A DNA stretch of 64,000 nt from an uncultured Bacilli bacterium (lineage in GTDB: Bacteria > Bacillota_I > Bacilli_A > RF39 > UBA660): assembly GCA_934101185.1 (NCBI GenBank), contig CAKOQD010000001.1, forward strand, positions 187,336 through 251,335. Direction: 5' to 3'. Made by a program: the position numbers and the translations under genes. The notes beneath the pieces are model-generated. The model did no database searches, was not told the DNA's origin, and saw only the letters and a list, made by a program, of their open reading frames with translations. Below, piece by piece: positions 32,590-42,821 of the stretch (its first letter is position 1; each line of letters begins with the position of its first letter).

Positions 32590-33024
32590 CTACTTCTTCA
32601 ATTCAACTCTTACAATAGCAAAAATATCTTTATACAAATCTATTCTAACTTCATGATAACCCAAACTACTAAGTGGACTATCTATAACAATTTGATTCTT
32701 AGAAATACTATACTTATCAAGTTTATCTTTAATTTGTTTAGCAGAAACACTTCCAAAAACCTTATCTCCCTCTCCTGTTTTAACAACAAAAGAAATTTTT
32801 TCACCTTCAATTTTATTTTTCATATCAAGAGCCATTTTTCTATTATAATCATCAAGTTCTTTTTTCTCTTTCTTTTGTTTATTTAAAATACTCATATTAA
32901 CATCATTCTTTTTAACAGCATAACCATTCTTAATTAAAAAGTTTTGAGCATAACCATCTTTTACTTCCTTAATTTCTCCCTTTTTACCTTGATTCTTTAA
33001 ATCTTTTATAAATATAACTTGCAT
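32590..33024 (-). CDS. rplI: 50S ribosomal protein L9
   Basis: The product starts MQVIFIKDLKNQGKKGEIKEVKDGYAQNFL, a canonical L9 N-terminus. Confidence 0.96.
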   Translation of the reverse strand: MQVIFIKDLKNQGKKGEIKEVKDGYAQNFLIKNGYAVKKNDVNMSILNKQKKEKKELDDYNRKMALDMKNKIEGEKISFVVKTGEGDKVFGSVSAKQIKDKLDKYSISKNQIVIDSPLSSLGYHEVRIDLYKDIFAIVRVELKK

Positions 33025-33028
33025 AATC

Positions 33029-33988
33029 TCACCTCTTTATAAGTTTAAGAATTTTATTTTCAACATCATCTATTTCAGCATTTTCAATAACAGCAGCACC
33101 TTCATTCTTGTTGCCACCACCACCAAAATTAGCCATAAATTTGTTAACATCAATCTTATCAATAGATCTAGCACTTATTCCAATAACATCATCATCTATC
33201 TTAGCAGTAACTACACAACTCTTAATATCTTGAAAAGTAAGTAAAGAGTCTGCTACCATCGCTATATCCTTTCTAGAATATATGTCATTAGACTTATCAA
33301 CAACAACTGCAAAGTCATTATACATAGTAGTCTTTTCAATCAACTTAACCTTTCTCAAATAACTATTAAAATCATCTTTTAATAACTCTTGAGATTGATT
33401 CATATCAGCATTATTACTAAGTAAATAATAACAGTAAAAGAAAGTCCTACGATTAAGCTTATAACTAAGTCCATTAGTATCCAATATAATTCCAGACAAA
33501 AGCAATGTTGCATACATCTTTGGTATCTTTACCCTAAACTTTCTAAGCAACATAGAAACAATTTCAGAAACACTACTAACAGTCCTATCAATATATAAAT
33601 AATCAGTATCAATAGTATCACTATTAGTATCATGATGATCTATTATAATAACTTTAGAATAAGAAGATATTTTATCTAAACAAATAAGTTTTTTCTTGTT
33701 AACATCAAGTATAACAATTAAACTCTTATCATCAATTAAATCATCAGCGGCCTTACTATCAATAAAATTAATACCCTTCATCTTTTCAAGAGCCTTATTT
33801 ATTCCATAATCAAATTCCTTATCATCACTAACTAAATAAAACTTTTTCTTATACTTTTTACATATTAAAGAAAAACCAAGAACTGATGCAAAAGCATCCA
33901 TATCCATATTGTTATGTCCAAGAATAAAAATCTTTTTTGATAAAAACAATTCTTTAGCTAGAATTTTTTTTAAACTTTTAAAATCCAT
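33029..33988 (-). CDS. DHH/DHHA1 family phosphoesterase (NrnA/GdpP catalytic-module-like)
   Basis: It has a DHH motif (IIIDHHD) and a DHHA1 glycine motif (FGGGGNKNEGAA). It occupies the yybT (gdpP) position upstream of rplI but lacks any TM, PAS or GGDEF part. Confidence 0.75.
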   Translation of the reverse strand: MDFKSLKKILAKELFLSKKIFILGHNNMDMDAFASVLGFSLICKKYKKKFYLVSDDKEFDYGINKALEKMKGINFIDSKAADDLIDDKSLIVILDVNKKKLICLDKISSYSKVIIIDHHDTNSDTIDTDYLYIDRTVSSVSEIVSMLLRKFRVKIPKMYATLLLSGIILDTNGLSYKLNRRTFFYCYYLLSNNADMNQSQELLKDDFNSYLRKVKLIEKTTMYNDFAVVVDKSNDIYSRKDIAMVADSLLTFQDIKSCVVTAKIDDDVIGISARSIDKIDVNKFMANFGGGGNKNEGAAVIENAEIDDVENKILKLIKR

Positions 33989-34068
33989 AACTCCTCCTTG
34001 TCCACTCTATTATACTATATTTTTTATCATATGTCATTTACAAAGAAAAAAAATAAACAATTTCTTGT

Positions 34069-34284
34069 TTATTTTGTAAATGGTAATAAAGCAATCATAC
34101 GAGCTCTTTTAATTTGTTCAGCAATATATCTTTGATGTTTAGCACAAGCTCCAGTTACACGTCTAGGTAAAATCTTACCTTTTTCATTAACATATTTTTT
34201 AAGTATTTCTACATCTTTATAATTAATTTGTTTACCAGCACACATGTAACAAACTTTTTTTCTTTTTCTATAAAATTCTGCCAT
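34069..34284 (-). CDS. rpsR: 30S ribosomal protein S18
   Basis: This is a 71-aa S18 sequence in the rpsF-ssb-rpsR operon. Confidence 0.96.
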   Translation of the reverse strand: MAEFYRKRKKVCYMCAGKQINYKDVEILKKYVNEKGKILPRRVTGACAKHQRYIAEQIKRARMIALLPFTK

Positions 34285-34298
34285 AATTTTCCTCCTTC

Positions 34299-34790
34299 TT
34301 AGAAAGGCAATTCATTGTCTCCAATTTTAATTTCATCACCAAAATCTTTGAATGGATCATCCACTACATTTGTAGTTTGATTATTACCAAAATCATATGG
34401 TGTTGCCTCATTATTTACTGGAGCAGATTGATAATTATTTTGAGTAGGAGCATTACCTCTTTGTTCACGACTAGCTCTAGATTCAATAAAATGAACAGCA
34501 TCTGCTACAACTTCAGTAACATATCTTTTTTGACCATTTTGATCATCATAAGATCTTGTTTGAATTCTACCTTCAACTGCGATTTGACTTCCTTGATTAA
34601 TATAATTTTTAACGTTTTCTGCTTGTTTACCCCAAACAACAACAGGTATAAAGTCAGCTTCTCTTTCACCATTTTGATTAGTAAATTGTCTATTTACAGC
34701 AAGAGTAAAAGATGCAACCGCTCTATTACTTGAAGTATATCTTAATTCAGGGTCTCTAGTTAATCTACCAATTAAACATACTTTATTCAT
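34299..34790 (-). CDS. ssb: Single-stranded DNA-binding protein
   Basis: It has an OB fold ([19 protein letters not shown]) and an acidic tail ending in DNELPF. Confidence 0.97.
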   Translation of the reverse strand: MNKVCLIGRLTRDPELRYTSSNRAVASFTLAVNRQFTNQNGEREADFIPVVVWGKQAENVKNYINQGSQIAVEGRIQTRSYDDQNGQKRYVTEVVADAVHFIESRASREQRGNAPTQNNYQSAPVNNEATPYDFGNNQTTNVVDDPFKDFGDEIKIGDNELPF

Positions 34791-34801
34791 AATTTACCTC
34801 A

Positions 34802-35089
34802 TTAATCTTCTAATTTTACTACTAATGCACGAATAATATTTTCGCTAATATTAACGATATGATTAAACTCATCTATTGCATCTACTGTAGCTTCAACTGT
34901 GAAAAGGAAATAGTAACCTTTTTTATGTTTTTTAATTTCATAAGCTAAATCTCTTTGACCCATGTCTTTAACTTCTAAAACATTACTATTAAACTTTTCA
35001 AATGTTTCCTTTACATCATCAGCAACCTTTTTAATAGCAGCTTCATCAAGAGTAGGCTTAACAATAAACATTATTTCATACTTTCTCAT
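34802..35089 (-). CDS. rpsF: 30S ribosomal protein S6
   Basis: I trimmed the ORF to the ATG at 35089, preceded by AAGGAGG. The product starts MRKYEIMFIVKP. Confidence 0.95.
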   Translation of the reverse strand: MRKYEIMFIVKPTLDEAAIKKVADDVKETFEKFNSNVLEVKDMGQRDLAYEIKKHKKGYYFLFTVEATVDAIDEFNHIVNISENIIRALVVKLED

Positions 35090-35184
35090 TTTTTGCACCT
35101 CCTTTTGGACTCTGGCCTTTAATAAAGGCAAGGAGTAACTTAATACTCGCACATATTATACCAATAAATTATATGTTTTTGCAA
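35090..35184 (-). promoter_or_regulatory. rpsF operon promoter (TTGCAA-18-TGgTATAAT) plus a structured leader
   Basis: On the minus strand, TTGCAA lies at 35184-35179 and an extended -10 TGGTATAAT at 35163-35155. The leader has two hairpins (GAGUAUUAAGUUACUC and GCCUUUAUUAAAGGC) and could be an S6:S18-binding rpsF leader. Confidence 0.5.
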
Positions 35185-35201
35185 GTGTTTTTATAGAAAA
35201 A

Positions 35202-35786
35202 TTAGCAATTGTCTTCAATATTACACTTATTAATAAGATTAGCGATATAAACAAGTTGCTTCTTTGTACCTATTTTACAAGTAGTAAGTACCAAAACATT
35301 TTTCATTTTTTCTCTTTTTATAACTATAGAACTATTCCTACTTTCCTCATAAAAAGAAGAAACTTTATAAACATATTTGTTATCAGAATAATAAACATTT
35401 ACAACATCACCAATCACAAGCTCATTAAGTCTTTTAAAATACGCAGTATTAACATTACCACTATGAGCAGCAAGGATAAGAGTACCTCCAATAACATCAG
35501 GCATATCAGAAGGAGAAATTATAGCAACATTTTTATTCACATCATTTAAATCAGAATCAAAAGAATAAAACTTTCTATCTAAATCAATTTTATCAATTAC
35601 AATTTTCCCAATAGCCTCATCCAAAGAAGAAACAGGATTATCAACACCATCAACTTCCATAACAGAAAACAAAGGAATAGACTCATCATAATAAATAAAT
35701 TTCACATCAACAAAAATATTAGAATAAGTAAGAAAAAGAAATAAAAGTATTAATGATACAAAACTTCCTCTAATATTTTTTAACAT
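35202..35786 (-). CDS. Sortase-family transpeptidase (atypical, no Arg after the catalytic Cys)
   Basis: It has an N-terminal anchor, a His motif (LILAAHSG) and a TLxTC-like motif (VLVLTTC). It overlaps the 3' end of the adhesin gene by 17 nt. Confidence 0.75.
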   Translation of the reverse strand: MLKNIRGSFVSLILLFLFLTYSNIFVDVKFIYYDESIPLFSVMEVDGVDNPVSSLDEAIGKIVIDKIDLDRKFYSFDSDLNDVNKNVAIISPSDMPDVIGGTLILAAHSGNVNTAYFKRLNELVIGDVVNVYYSDNKYVYKVSSFYEESRNSSIVIKREKMKNVLVLTTCKIGTKKQLVYIANLINKCNIEDNC

Positions 35787-37812
35787 AGTAAATCACCACA
35801 CAAAGACTAACAGCAAAAAATATCAAACACACTTTAACTATAAATGAAAAAGAAACTTCTCCTGTATCAGGAACTTTTACAAGCATATTATTAGTCATAT
35901 TAATCTTAATAACTTCATTTTCATCCTTTATTTCAAAACAATTAGGTTTATCATCAAGTTTATATCCAGAAGGAGCAAGAGACTCATAAATACAATAAGT
36001 ACCAGCATCCAAATTATCTAATCGAATCATACCATCATTATCAGTCTTACCATCATAAACTAATTTATCAAAATCTTTAAAATATATCTTAAAATAAGCA
36101 TTAGACAATCTCTTAAGACCACTACCATCAGTTTTTATAAATAGTAATTTGCCTTTTTTTCTCTCGTTAGATATTTCAACATCAATTACTTTTCCATCCG
36201 AATCAACATCAAAATAAACCTTATCTAAAGACAATTTATAATACTTTGGAGCAACCTTTTCTATCAAATAATATTTTCCAATCTTAACATTATCAAAGAT
36301 CAGCATCCCATCATCATCAGTTTTACCACTAAAAACCATCTTATCATTATAATCATATACTTCGATAAAAGCATCAGAAAGTTTCAAATCTAAACTCTTA
36401 TCAACTTTAGTAAATATAACTTTGGAAGGACGTAAGTTTTCAAGTTCATAAACATATTCTTTTTCCAGAGCAACATTAACATTAAAATCTTTAACAAAAT
36501 TATAACCATCAGCACCACTAATCTGAGAAATACTATATTTTCCATATGGTAAAGTAGCAAAAGCAACTCCATCTGTATTTGTACATATCTTTGAAACAAA
36601 ATTAGAACTAGAATCTTTAATTTCAAAACATGCATTACTTTCTGAAACTAACTCCTCACCAGTACCACCCTTCTTTTTCTTAATTATAATCTTGCCATTT
36701 ATAACCTCATCAGAAACATCAATATCAACATTCAAATGATCTTTATCAATAACAACATCATAAACCTTATCATTTTTTTTATACCCAACTGGAGCTTTAA
36801 CCTCTTTAATCTTGTAACTTCCATAATCTAAAAACAACTCCCCAAATCCTTTATCATTAATTGTAATCTTACCAACCGATTTACCATTTAAATCAAAAAC
36901 TTCATAAATAGCGCCAGCTAACTTAGCATCTCCTTGGGCTTCAAAAGAATTATTTAAGGAATCAATTTTATTCAATCTGACTGTACCACCCGTTACTTCA
37001 ACATCAAAACTAAAACTAGGAATACTAGGATTACCAACAGAAATAATATCCTGATAATTAGAACTAGCAAAAAGAGCAAAAGATTCACTAGTTCTTGAAG
37101 ACTTTTTATAAGTTAATTTATCACTACCTATTTTAATCGCAGTAATCTTGAGCTTATTACCATTTCTTGTAACTTTAATATTTTTCAAAGAACTAACTAA
37201 ATTAAAATTAGATAAAACCTTATTAGTATCATTAATATCTATAGATTCACCCAATTTAATTCTATACTTTTTTGAAGCAAAACTAGGTTTTGCTAAATGT
37301 TCTTTAACTAACTTATTAATCTCAGCAACTTCCTTACTATAAAGACTTTTATTAGGACTAGCATTTCTACTAGATTTAAAAGTCCAAGTAAGATCAGGCC
37401 TCATAATTCTCCATATCATAACTTGCGTAATACCATACCATTTTTTAGCAGTATGATCAACATTATTATCCTTATAGCCATATCCATAATATGCAATAAG
37501 TTTAATTTTTTCAAACTTACTAGTAGTAAGCTTAGAGTTGTTAATTATATTCTTATCACCAGTTATCATTGAATGACTCCCTTTTGAAGAACCATCTAAT
37601 TTAGTTTCTGGTTCAATACAATAATAAACTCTATTATCAACACTAGACTTTATCATCCAACTATTATAATCCATGAGATTTAAACCTTCATCCGCAAAAA
37701 TAGTAAAGCCAGAATTAGGATGATGCACCTCATATAGCTTTCCATTATAAGAAGCAGCATCAACCTCTAAAAAAATAATAAAAAATAATAAAACTAAAAA
37801 CATTCTCTTCAT
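35770..37812 (-). CDS. Cell-wall-anchored adhesin: thioester (TQxA-type) domain plus four CnaB/SpaA-like repeats, with a VPDTG sorting signal
   Basis: It has a signal peptide, the motif YYCIEP (Cys65), the motif GITQVMIW (Gln130), and four repeats of the type AxYEVxD..G....T.D.G......L..G.Y...E..AP.GYK. The C-terminus is VPDTG followed by a hydrophobic segment and KKY. Confidence 0.8.
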   Translation of the reverse strand: MKRMFLVLLFFIIFLEVDAASYNGKLYEVHHPNSGFTIFADEGLNLMDYNSWMIKSSVDNRVYYCIEPETKLDGSSKGSHSMITGDKNIINNSKLTTSKFEKIKLIAYYGYGYKDNNVDHTAKKWYGITQVMIWRIMRPDLTWTFKSSRNASPNKSLYSKEVAEINKLVKEHLAKPSFASKKYRIKLGESIDINDTNKVLSNFNLVSSLKNIKVTRNGNKLKITAIKIGSDKLTYKKSSRTSESFALFASSNYQDIISVGNPSIPSFSFDVEVTGGTVRLNKIDSLNNSFEAQGDAKLAGAIYEVFDLNGKSVGKITINDKGFGELFLDYGSYKIKEVKAPVGYKKNDKVYDVVIDKDHLNVDIDVSDEVINGKIIIKKKKGGTGEELVSESNACFEIKDSSSNFVSKICTNTDGVAFATLPYGKYSISQISGADGYNFVKDFNVNVALEKEYVYELENLRPSKVIFTKVDKSLDLKLSDAFIEVYDYNDKMVFSGKTDDDGMLIFDNVKIGKYYLIEKVAPKYYKLSLDKVYFDVDSDGKVIDVEISNERKKGKLLFIKTDGSGLKRLSNAYFKIYFKDFDKLVYDGKTDNDGMIRLDNLDAGTYCIYESLAPSGYKLDDKPNCFEIKDENEVIKINMTNNMLVKVPDTGEVSFSFIVKVCLIFFAVSLCVVIYYVKKY

Positions 37813-37963
37813 AAAACACCTCCTAACTATTCAAAGAATAATGTCTTTACAAAAACACTATATACTATTAAAACTGACTTGTAAAATGGCACTTTTTAAA
37901 ATTTCACCACTAAAAATAATACCAAAATTAAAATTTGAACAAAAAAAAGACATTTAAGTTACA

Positions 37964-37988
37964 AAAAATGTATTCCCAATACATTTTT
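37964..37988. terminator. Terminator hairpin downstream of ftsH
   Basis: AAAAATGTATT-CCC-AATACATTTTT is a perfect 11-bp stem with A and T runs. Confidence 0.65.
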
Positions 37989-38047
37989 AACAAACTTCAA
38001 AGTAACAAAATATCTATTTTTATTAAAATGAAAAAAATTAGAAAATT

Positions 38048-40009
38048 TTACTTTTCTAATTCTTTCTTCAACTCATCTTTACTCATTTTAGTATATCCTT
38101 TAATTCCCTTTTCCTTGGCAAGAGATTTAAGTTCATCTAAAGCATTATCATCTTTTTCCTCTTTTTTTACTTCTTCATCTTTCATTTTACCATTTTCTAC
38201 TAAATAATCAATTTGTTCTTTAGTAAGAGTTTCATATTTAACAAGATTTTCTGCAATTAAATCAACAAGCTTCATATTATTCTTAATAATGTCTTCAGTT
38301 TTCTTATAACATTCATCTATTATCTTTCTAATTTCCTTATCAATTTCAAAAGCAACTTGATCTGAGAAGTTTCTAGATTTATTATAATCTCTGCCTAAGA
38401 AAACACTAGATTCATTTTGTTCCAATTGCATTGGTCCAAGTTCACTCATGCCATATTCACAAACCATAGCTCTAGCTATCTTAGTAGCACGTTCAATATC
38501 ATTTGAAGCACCAGTTGTAATATCATCAAATACCAAACTTTCAGTAACACGACCAGCAAGTAAAGTAGAAATAGTTTCTAAAAGTTCTCTCTTAGTAGTA
38601 TGCATTCTTTCATCTTCGCTTTGGATATTAGTATACCCACCAGCCATACCGCGTGGAATAATAGTAACTTTTTGAACAATATTAGATTGTTCAAGCTTCA
38701 ATCCCGCAACAACATGACCAGCTTCATGATAAGCAGTAATCTTTTTATCCTCTTTAGTAATATTTCTTGAAGTTTTAGCAGGCCCCATTAATACTCTGTC
38801 ATGCGCCTCATCAATTTCAGTCATAGTAACTTCATTTTTATCACGTCTAACCGCAAGAAGTGCAGCTTCGTTAAGTAAGTTCTCCAAATCAGCACCAGAA
38901 AAACCAGAAGTTCTCTTAGCTAGATTATCCAATGTAACATCCTTAGCTAAAACTTTATTCTTAGCATGTACACTAAGTATTTCTTTTCTTTCATTAAAAT
39001 CAGGTAAAGAAACAGTAACTTGTCTATCAAACCTTCCTGGTCTAAGAAGAGCAGGATCCAAAACATCAGGTCTATTAGTAGCGGCAATAATTATTATTCC
39101 TTCATTAGCACCAAATCCATCCATTTCTGTAAGCAATTGATTTAAGGTTTGTTCCCTTTCATCATGTCCTCCACCTAAACCAGTACCTCTTTGTCTACCA
39201 ACAGCATCTATTTCATCAATAAATATTAAACATGGAGCAGTTTGTTTAGCCTGTTTAAACATATCTCTCACACGACTAGCACCAACACCTACAAAAAGTT
39301 CCACAAAATCAGAACCACTTATATAGTAAAATGGTACATTAGCCTCTCCTGCAACTGCACGTGCAAGTAAAGTTTTACCAGTCCCTGGAGGGCCAACTAA
39401 TAAAATACCCTTTGGTATTCTAGCACCAAGTTTTTGAAATTTCTTTGGATTCTTCAAAAAATCAATAAGTTCTTTAACTTCAACCTTTTCTTCTTTTAAA
39501 CCTGCAACGTCATCAAAAGTCACTTTATTTTTATCAGTATGAAGTTTTGCTTTACTCTTTCCAAAATCAAAAGATTTAGAACCATTCCCTACTTGTTTTG
39601 ATAAGAAATAAAACGCAAGTCCAACCAATATTATAAAAGGTAACACATTAACAACAATCATAAGCAAAGAACTATTTTCTGGATTCTTATCAGTAGTAAC
39701 CTTTAAACTATTTTTCTCAGCAATATCAACTATATTTGATATTATGCTATCAGAATAAGGAACATCAACAACAAAAGTTTCTTTATCTTGATAATCAGAC
39801 AATTTACCTTTTATTTCATAAACAGAAGAATTAGAACGTGGAACGACAGTAAGTTCTGTTATACTTCCCTTATTCAAGTTATCAATAAATTCATCATATG
39901 TAAATTTATGTTCTTTAGCAGAAAAAACGTTAAATAAAACAAAAATTAATGCAAAAAACATAAATATAGATATGTATTGAAATACATTTCTTTTAGCATT
40001 ATTTTTCAT
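38048..40009 (-). CDS. ftsH: ATP-dependent zinc metalloprotease FtsH
   Basis: The 653-aa product has two TM helices, an AAA+ Walker A motif (GPPGTGKT), an SRH region, and the HEAGH zinc motif. Confidence 0.98.
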   Translation of the reverse strand: MKNNAKRNVFQYISIFMFFALIFVLFNVFSAKEHKFTYDEFIDNLNKGSITELTVVPRSNSSVYEIKGKLSDYQDKETFVVDVPYSDSIISNIVDIAEKNSLKVTTDKNPENSSLLMIVVNVLPFIILVGLAFYFLSKQVGNGSKSFDFGKSKAKLHTDKNKVTFDDVAGLKEEKVEVKELIDFLKNPKKFQKLGARIPKGILLVGPPGTGKTLLARAVAGEANVPFYYISGSDFVELFVGVGASRVRDMFKQAKQTAPCLIFIDEIDAVGRQRGTGLGGGHDEREQTLNQLLTEMDGFGANEGIIIIAATNRPDVLDPALLRPGRFDRQVTVSLPDFNERKEILSVHAKNKVLAKDVTLDNLAKRTSGFSGADLENLLNEAALLAVRRDKNEVTMTEIDEAHDRVLMGPAKTSRNITKEDKKITAYHEAGHVVAGLKLEQSNIVQKVTIIPRGMAGGYTNIQSEDERMHTTKRELLETISTLLAGRVTESLVFDDITTGASNDIERATKIARAMVCEYGMSELGPMQLEQNESSVFLGRDYNKSRNFSDQVAFEIDKEIRKIIDECYKKTEDIIKNNMKLVDLIAENLVKYETLTKEQIDYLVENGKMKDEEVKKEEKDDNALDELKSLAKEKGIKGYTKMSKDELKKELEK

Positions 40010-40025
40010 AAAAAATTCCTCCTTT

Positions 40026-41345
40026 TCATTTATACCATAATATTATATCACACTTTTTATTTTTTGGAATATCAAACTTAGATTTTTTAATACCAGGTAT
40101 CCATAACACATTATCATTAGAATCAACCACAATAGGCCAACTATCTCGTTCAGCAATTGGAATCTTAGAATCAATAAAAATATCTTTTACTTTTTTTGTT
40201 CCATTCATATTCTTAACACACATCTTATCACCAGATCTTCTGGTTCTAACAATAATGGGTAAAACTATATCCTCGCTACTTAATCTGCAACAACAATTAT
40301 CATTTTTATCTAAAAATGAAACTCTTTCTATAGTTTTATTGTTGGGTAATAAAACACTATTTCCAAGCTCAATTTCATAATTATCTATTTGTTTAGTTTC
40401 AAAATCAATATATAATTTATCATATTTCTTAACAACCTTAACATTATTAGGAAGGTTAACAAAACCATTAGATTTATTTGAGTTAATAAGATTTATAACC
40501 AAATCAACATGGACATCATTTATAAGAATCATATCATCTTGATAAAAATCTTCAAGCATTAAATAAATAATTTTAGTTTTAAAAATATCTTCAGCCTTTT
40601 TAAATTCAATAATATCCAAAATATGATCATTATAAACACTATCAATCATACTCTTAATTTGTTCGTTAATATAGTTATCATACATTATTAAAGTATTACT
40701 ATACTTCAAAAACTTCTTATGAACATTTTTATCTTCATTCTTAAGAAATGGCAATACTACTCTTCTATACCTATTTCGAGTATGAATATCCATAAAATTA
40801 GTTTTATCAATCACATAATCTATGTTATTTTTATTATCATAAGAAATAAGTTCATCTTTAGTCGCAAAAATAAGCGGACGAATAATTCGATAGAATCCCT
40901 TATCAACATCCATTTTAAATCCACTATAACCAGATAAATTAGAACCTCTAACAATCTTCATCAAAACAGTTTCTATCAAATCATCTCCATGATGAGCAGT
41001 CATTAAATAATTAGCACTATATTTTTTTACTATCTCTTCAAAAAAATTATACCTAATATTTCTAGCCTCATTTTCAAAATTATCCTCTCCATAATTTTCA
41101 ATAGTCATTCCTTCAAAAACTATATTTTTAGAAGCACAATAACTTTCTAACCATTTCATTTCATCATAACTTTCATTCCTAACATTATGATTAACATGAC
41201 AACAAATAATAGAAATACCAATATTATCTCTGTACTTCATTAACATATTAAGAAGAGCCATAGAATCAGGCCCTCCAGAGCAACCAACAACTACAATATC
41301 GTCATTTTTTAAAAGATTATCTAAATATAAAAAAACTTCATTCAT
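40026..41345 (-). CDS. tilS: tRNA(Ile)-lysidine synthetase
   Basis: It has a PP-loop (VGCSGGPDS). I trimmed the ORF to the ATG at 41345 to remove the overlap with divIC. Confidence 0.9.
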   Translation of the reverse strand: MNEVFLYLDNLLKNDDIVVVGCSGGPDSMALLNMLMKYRDNIGISIICCHVNHNVRNESYDEMKWLESYCASKNIVFEGMTIENYGEDNFENEARNIRYNFFEEIVKKYSANYLMTAHHGDDLIETVLMKIVRGSNLSGYSGFKMDVDKGFYRIIRPLIFATKDELISYDNKNNIDYVIDKTNFMDIHTRNRYRRVVLPFLKNEDKNVHKKFLKYSNTLIMYDNYINEQIKSMIDSVYNDHILDIIEFKKAEDIFKTKIIYLMLEDFYQDDMILINDVHVDLVINLINSNKSNGFVNLPNNVKVVKKYDKLYIDFETKQIDNYEIELGNSVLLPNNKTIERVSFLDKNDNCCCRLSSEDIVLPIIVRTRRSGDKMCVKNMNGTKKVKDIFIDSKIPIAERDSWPIVVDSNDNVLWIPGIKKSKFDIPKNKKCDIILWYK

Positions 41346-41412
41346 AAAAATCACCACATATATAATATATTTATTTATAAAAAATTTCAACGAAAAAATA
41401 ATAACAAAGTTA

Positions 41413-41709
41413 TTATTTAATTCTAATAATATATTCTCCTTCACCTGAATACATAAACTTTTCCCTAGCATATTTAGCAATATAATCAGGATCTTGTAAT
41501 TTATTAACTTCAGATTTTAATGTTTCTTCTTCTTCTTTAAGACTAACTAAAGTTCCAGAAAGTTCTTTTTGTTCTTTCTTAAGTTCAACAACATTCTTAA
41601 ATGTTCCACCAATATAAGTAATAACAAAGAAATTAGTGACTAAGCAAAAAACAGTAATTAAAAAAGCACGTTTAAAATTAGTTTTAACTTTTCTTCTTTT
41701 TTTCGCCAT
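41413..41709 (-). CDS. divIC: Septum formation initiator (DivIC/FtsB family)
   Basis: It has a basic N-terminus, one TM helix and a coiled coil (LKKEQKELSGTLVSLKEEEETLKSEVNKL). It occupies the yabQ-divIC position. Confidence 0.8.
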   Translation of the reverse strand: MAKKRRKVKTNFKRAFLITVFCLVTNFFVITYIGGTFKNVVELKKEQKELSGTLVSLKEEEETLKSEVNKLQDPDYIAKYAREKFMYSGEGEYIIRIK

Positions 41710-41785
41710 TATTATAGTCACCTACCTTCTACCATAAATAATAGCAAAAGACAAGAAAATATTCAATAAATTAGACAAAAAAACA

Positions 41786-42076
41786 CTAAAGTTTACACTT
41801 TAAATGTCTAATAATAAATTTAATAATAAAATATGAAATAATTATTCCAAATAAAAAGAAAAAAGCATAATAAAGATTTAAAATACCACTATTTATATTA
41901 ATAACAATTAATATAAATATAAAAGTATAAAATAACATAAAAACTAAATTATATAAAAATCTAAAAAAAATCTTATAATGAAGCAATCTTTTTTTTAAAA
42001 GTAAAAATATCAAGCAAAAGAAAAAACTATAAAATAAAATAAAAAGAAAAGTATAAACCTGAACTTTTAGACTCAT
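41786..42076 (-). CDS. yabQ: Spore cortex biosynthesis membrane protein YabQ
   Basis: This is a small, very hydrophobic protein that overlaps the yabP stop, in the conserved yabP-yabQ pairing. Confidence 0.65.
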   Translation of the reverse strand: MSLKVQVYTFLFILFYSFFFCLIFLLLKKRLLHYKIFFRFLYNLVFMLFYTFIFILIVININSGILNLYYAFFFLFGIIISYFIIKFIIRHLKCKL

Positions 42077-42354
42077 TTAAAAACTTTTTCAAAAAATGAA
42101 GATTGCTTATTTGACTTTTTTAAATCTTCTATATAACTCATACTAATTACCAAACCTTTTATAGATACTATACCATCCTTAGTATCTAACCTTATAAGTT
42201 CAAGATTTTCTCCCTTAATAGCTAAATATCCCATATTAGTTTCAAGTAAAAATTCCTCATCATCAAAACTATCAATCTTTAAAACTCCAGTAATATAAAT
42301 ACCATTTCTCTCATTAATACTAATACTATGACTATAACTTATATTATCTTTCAT
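42073..42354 (-). CDS. yabP: Sporulation protein YabP
   Basis: I trimmed the ORF to the ATG at 42354, preceded by AGGAGG. The product is YabP-like (ITGV..IDSFDDEEFLLET..G.L.IKGENL). Confidence 0.8.
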   Translation of the reverse strand: MKDNISYSHSISINERNGIYITGVLKIDSFDDEEFLLETNMGYLAIKGENLELIRLDTKDGIVSIKGLVISMSYIEDLKKSNKQSSFFEKVFK

Positions 42355-42433
42355 ACTATTCCTCCTAATCAATAATATGAAAAAAACTAAAAAATATGAA
42401 AAAAACACACCAAAAGGTGTGTAAGATACTATA

Positions 42434-42691
42434 TTATTCAGCAGTTTTATATGCTTCTAAAATAGCTTCTTCAAATAATGCACGAGTTTCAGGATTAATT
42501 GGATGTGCTATATCACGATATCCACCAGTTGAAGTTTTTCTACTAGGCATTGCTATAAATAAACCATTATCTCCTTCAATTATACGGATATCATGAATTG
42601 CAAAACAATCATCAATTAAAACTGATGCAATTCCTTTCATACGAGATCCTTCTTTTTCAACTTTACGTACATTTACTGATGTAATTTTCAT
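42434..42691 (-). CDS. spoVG: Septation protein SpoVG
   Basis: The product [51 protein letters not shown] is canonical SpoVG. Confidence 0.96.
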   Translation of the reverse strand: MKITSVNVRKVEKEGSRMKGIASVLIDDCFAIHDIRIIEGDNGLFIAMPSRKTSTGGYRDIAHPINPETRALFEEAILEAYKTAE

Positions 42692-42821
42692 CTTTTAGTT
42701 CCTCCTTTTATGAAGCCAACCGCTCCTAATATTATTGTATATTATAGAAAATAAAAAATCAATATTATTTACAACATTTTACCAAATATTGTAAACAACA
42801 AATGTAATAAAAATTAAATAC

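Noticed and set aside
40026-41480. Is the long N-terminal extension of the tilS ORF, which overlaps divIC, real?
   Set aside because: The extension overlaps the divIC coding end and is low-complexity. The conserved PP-loop protein begins naturally at the ATG at 41345.
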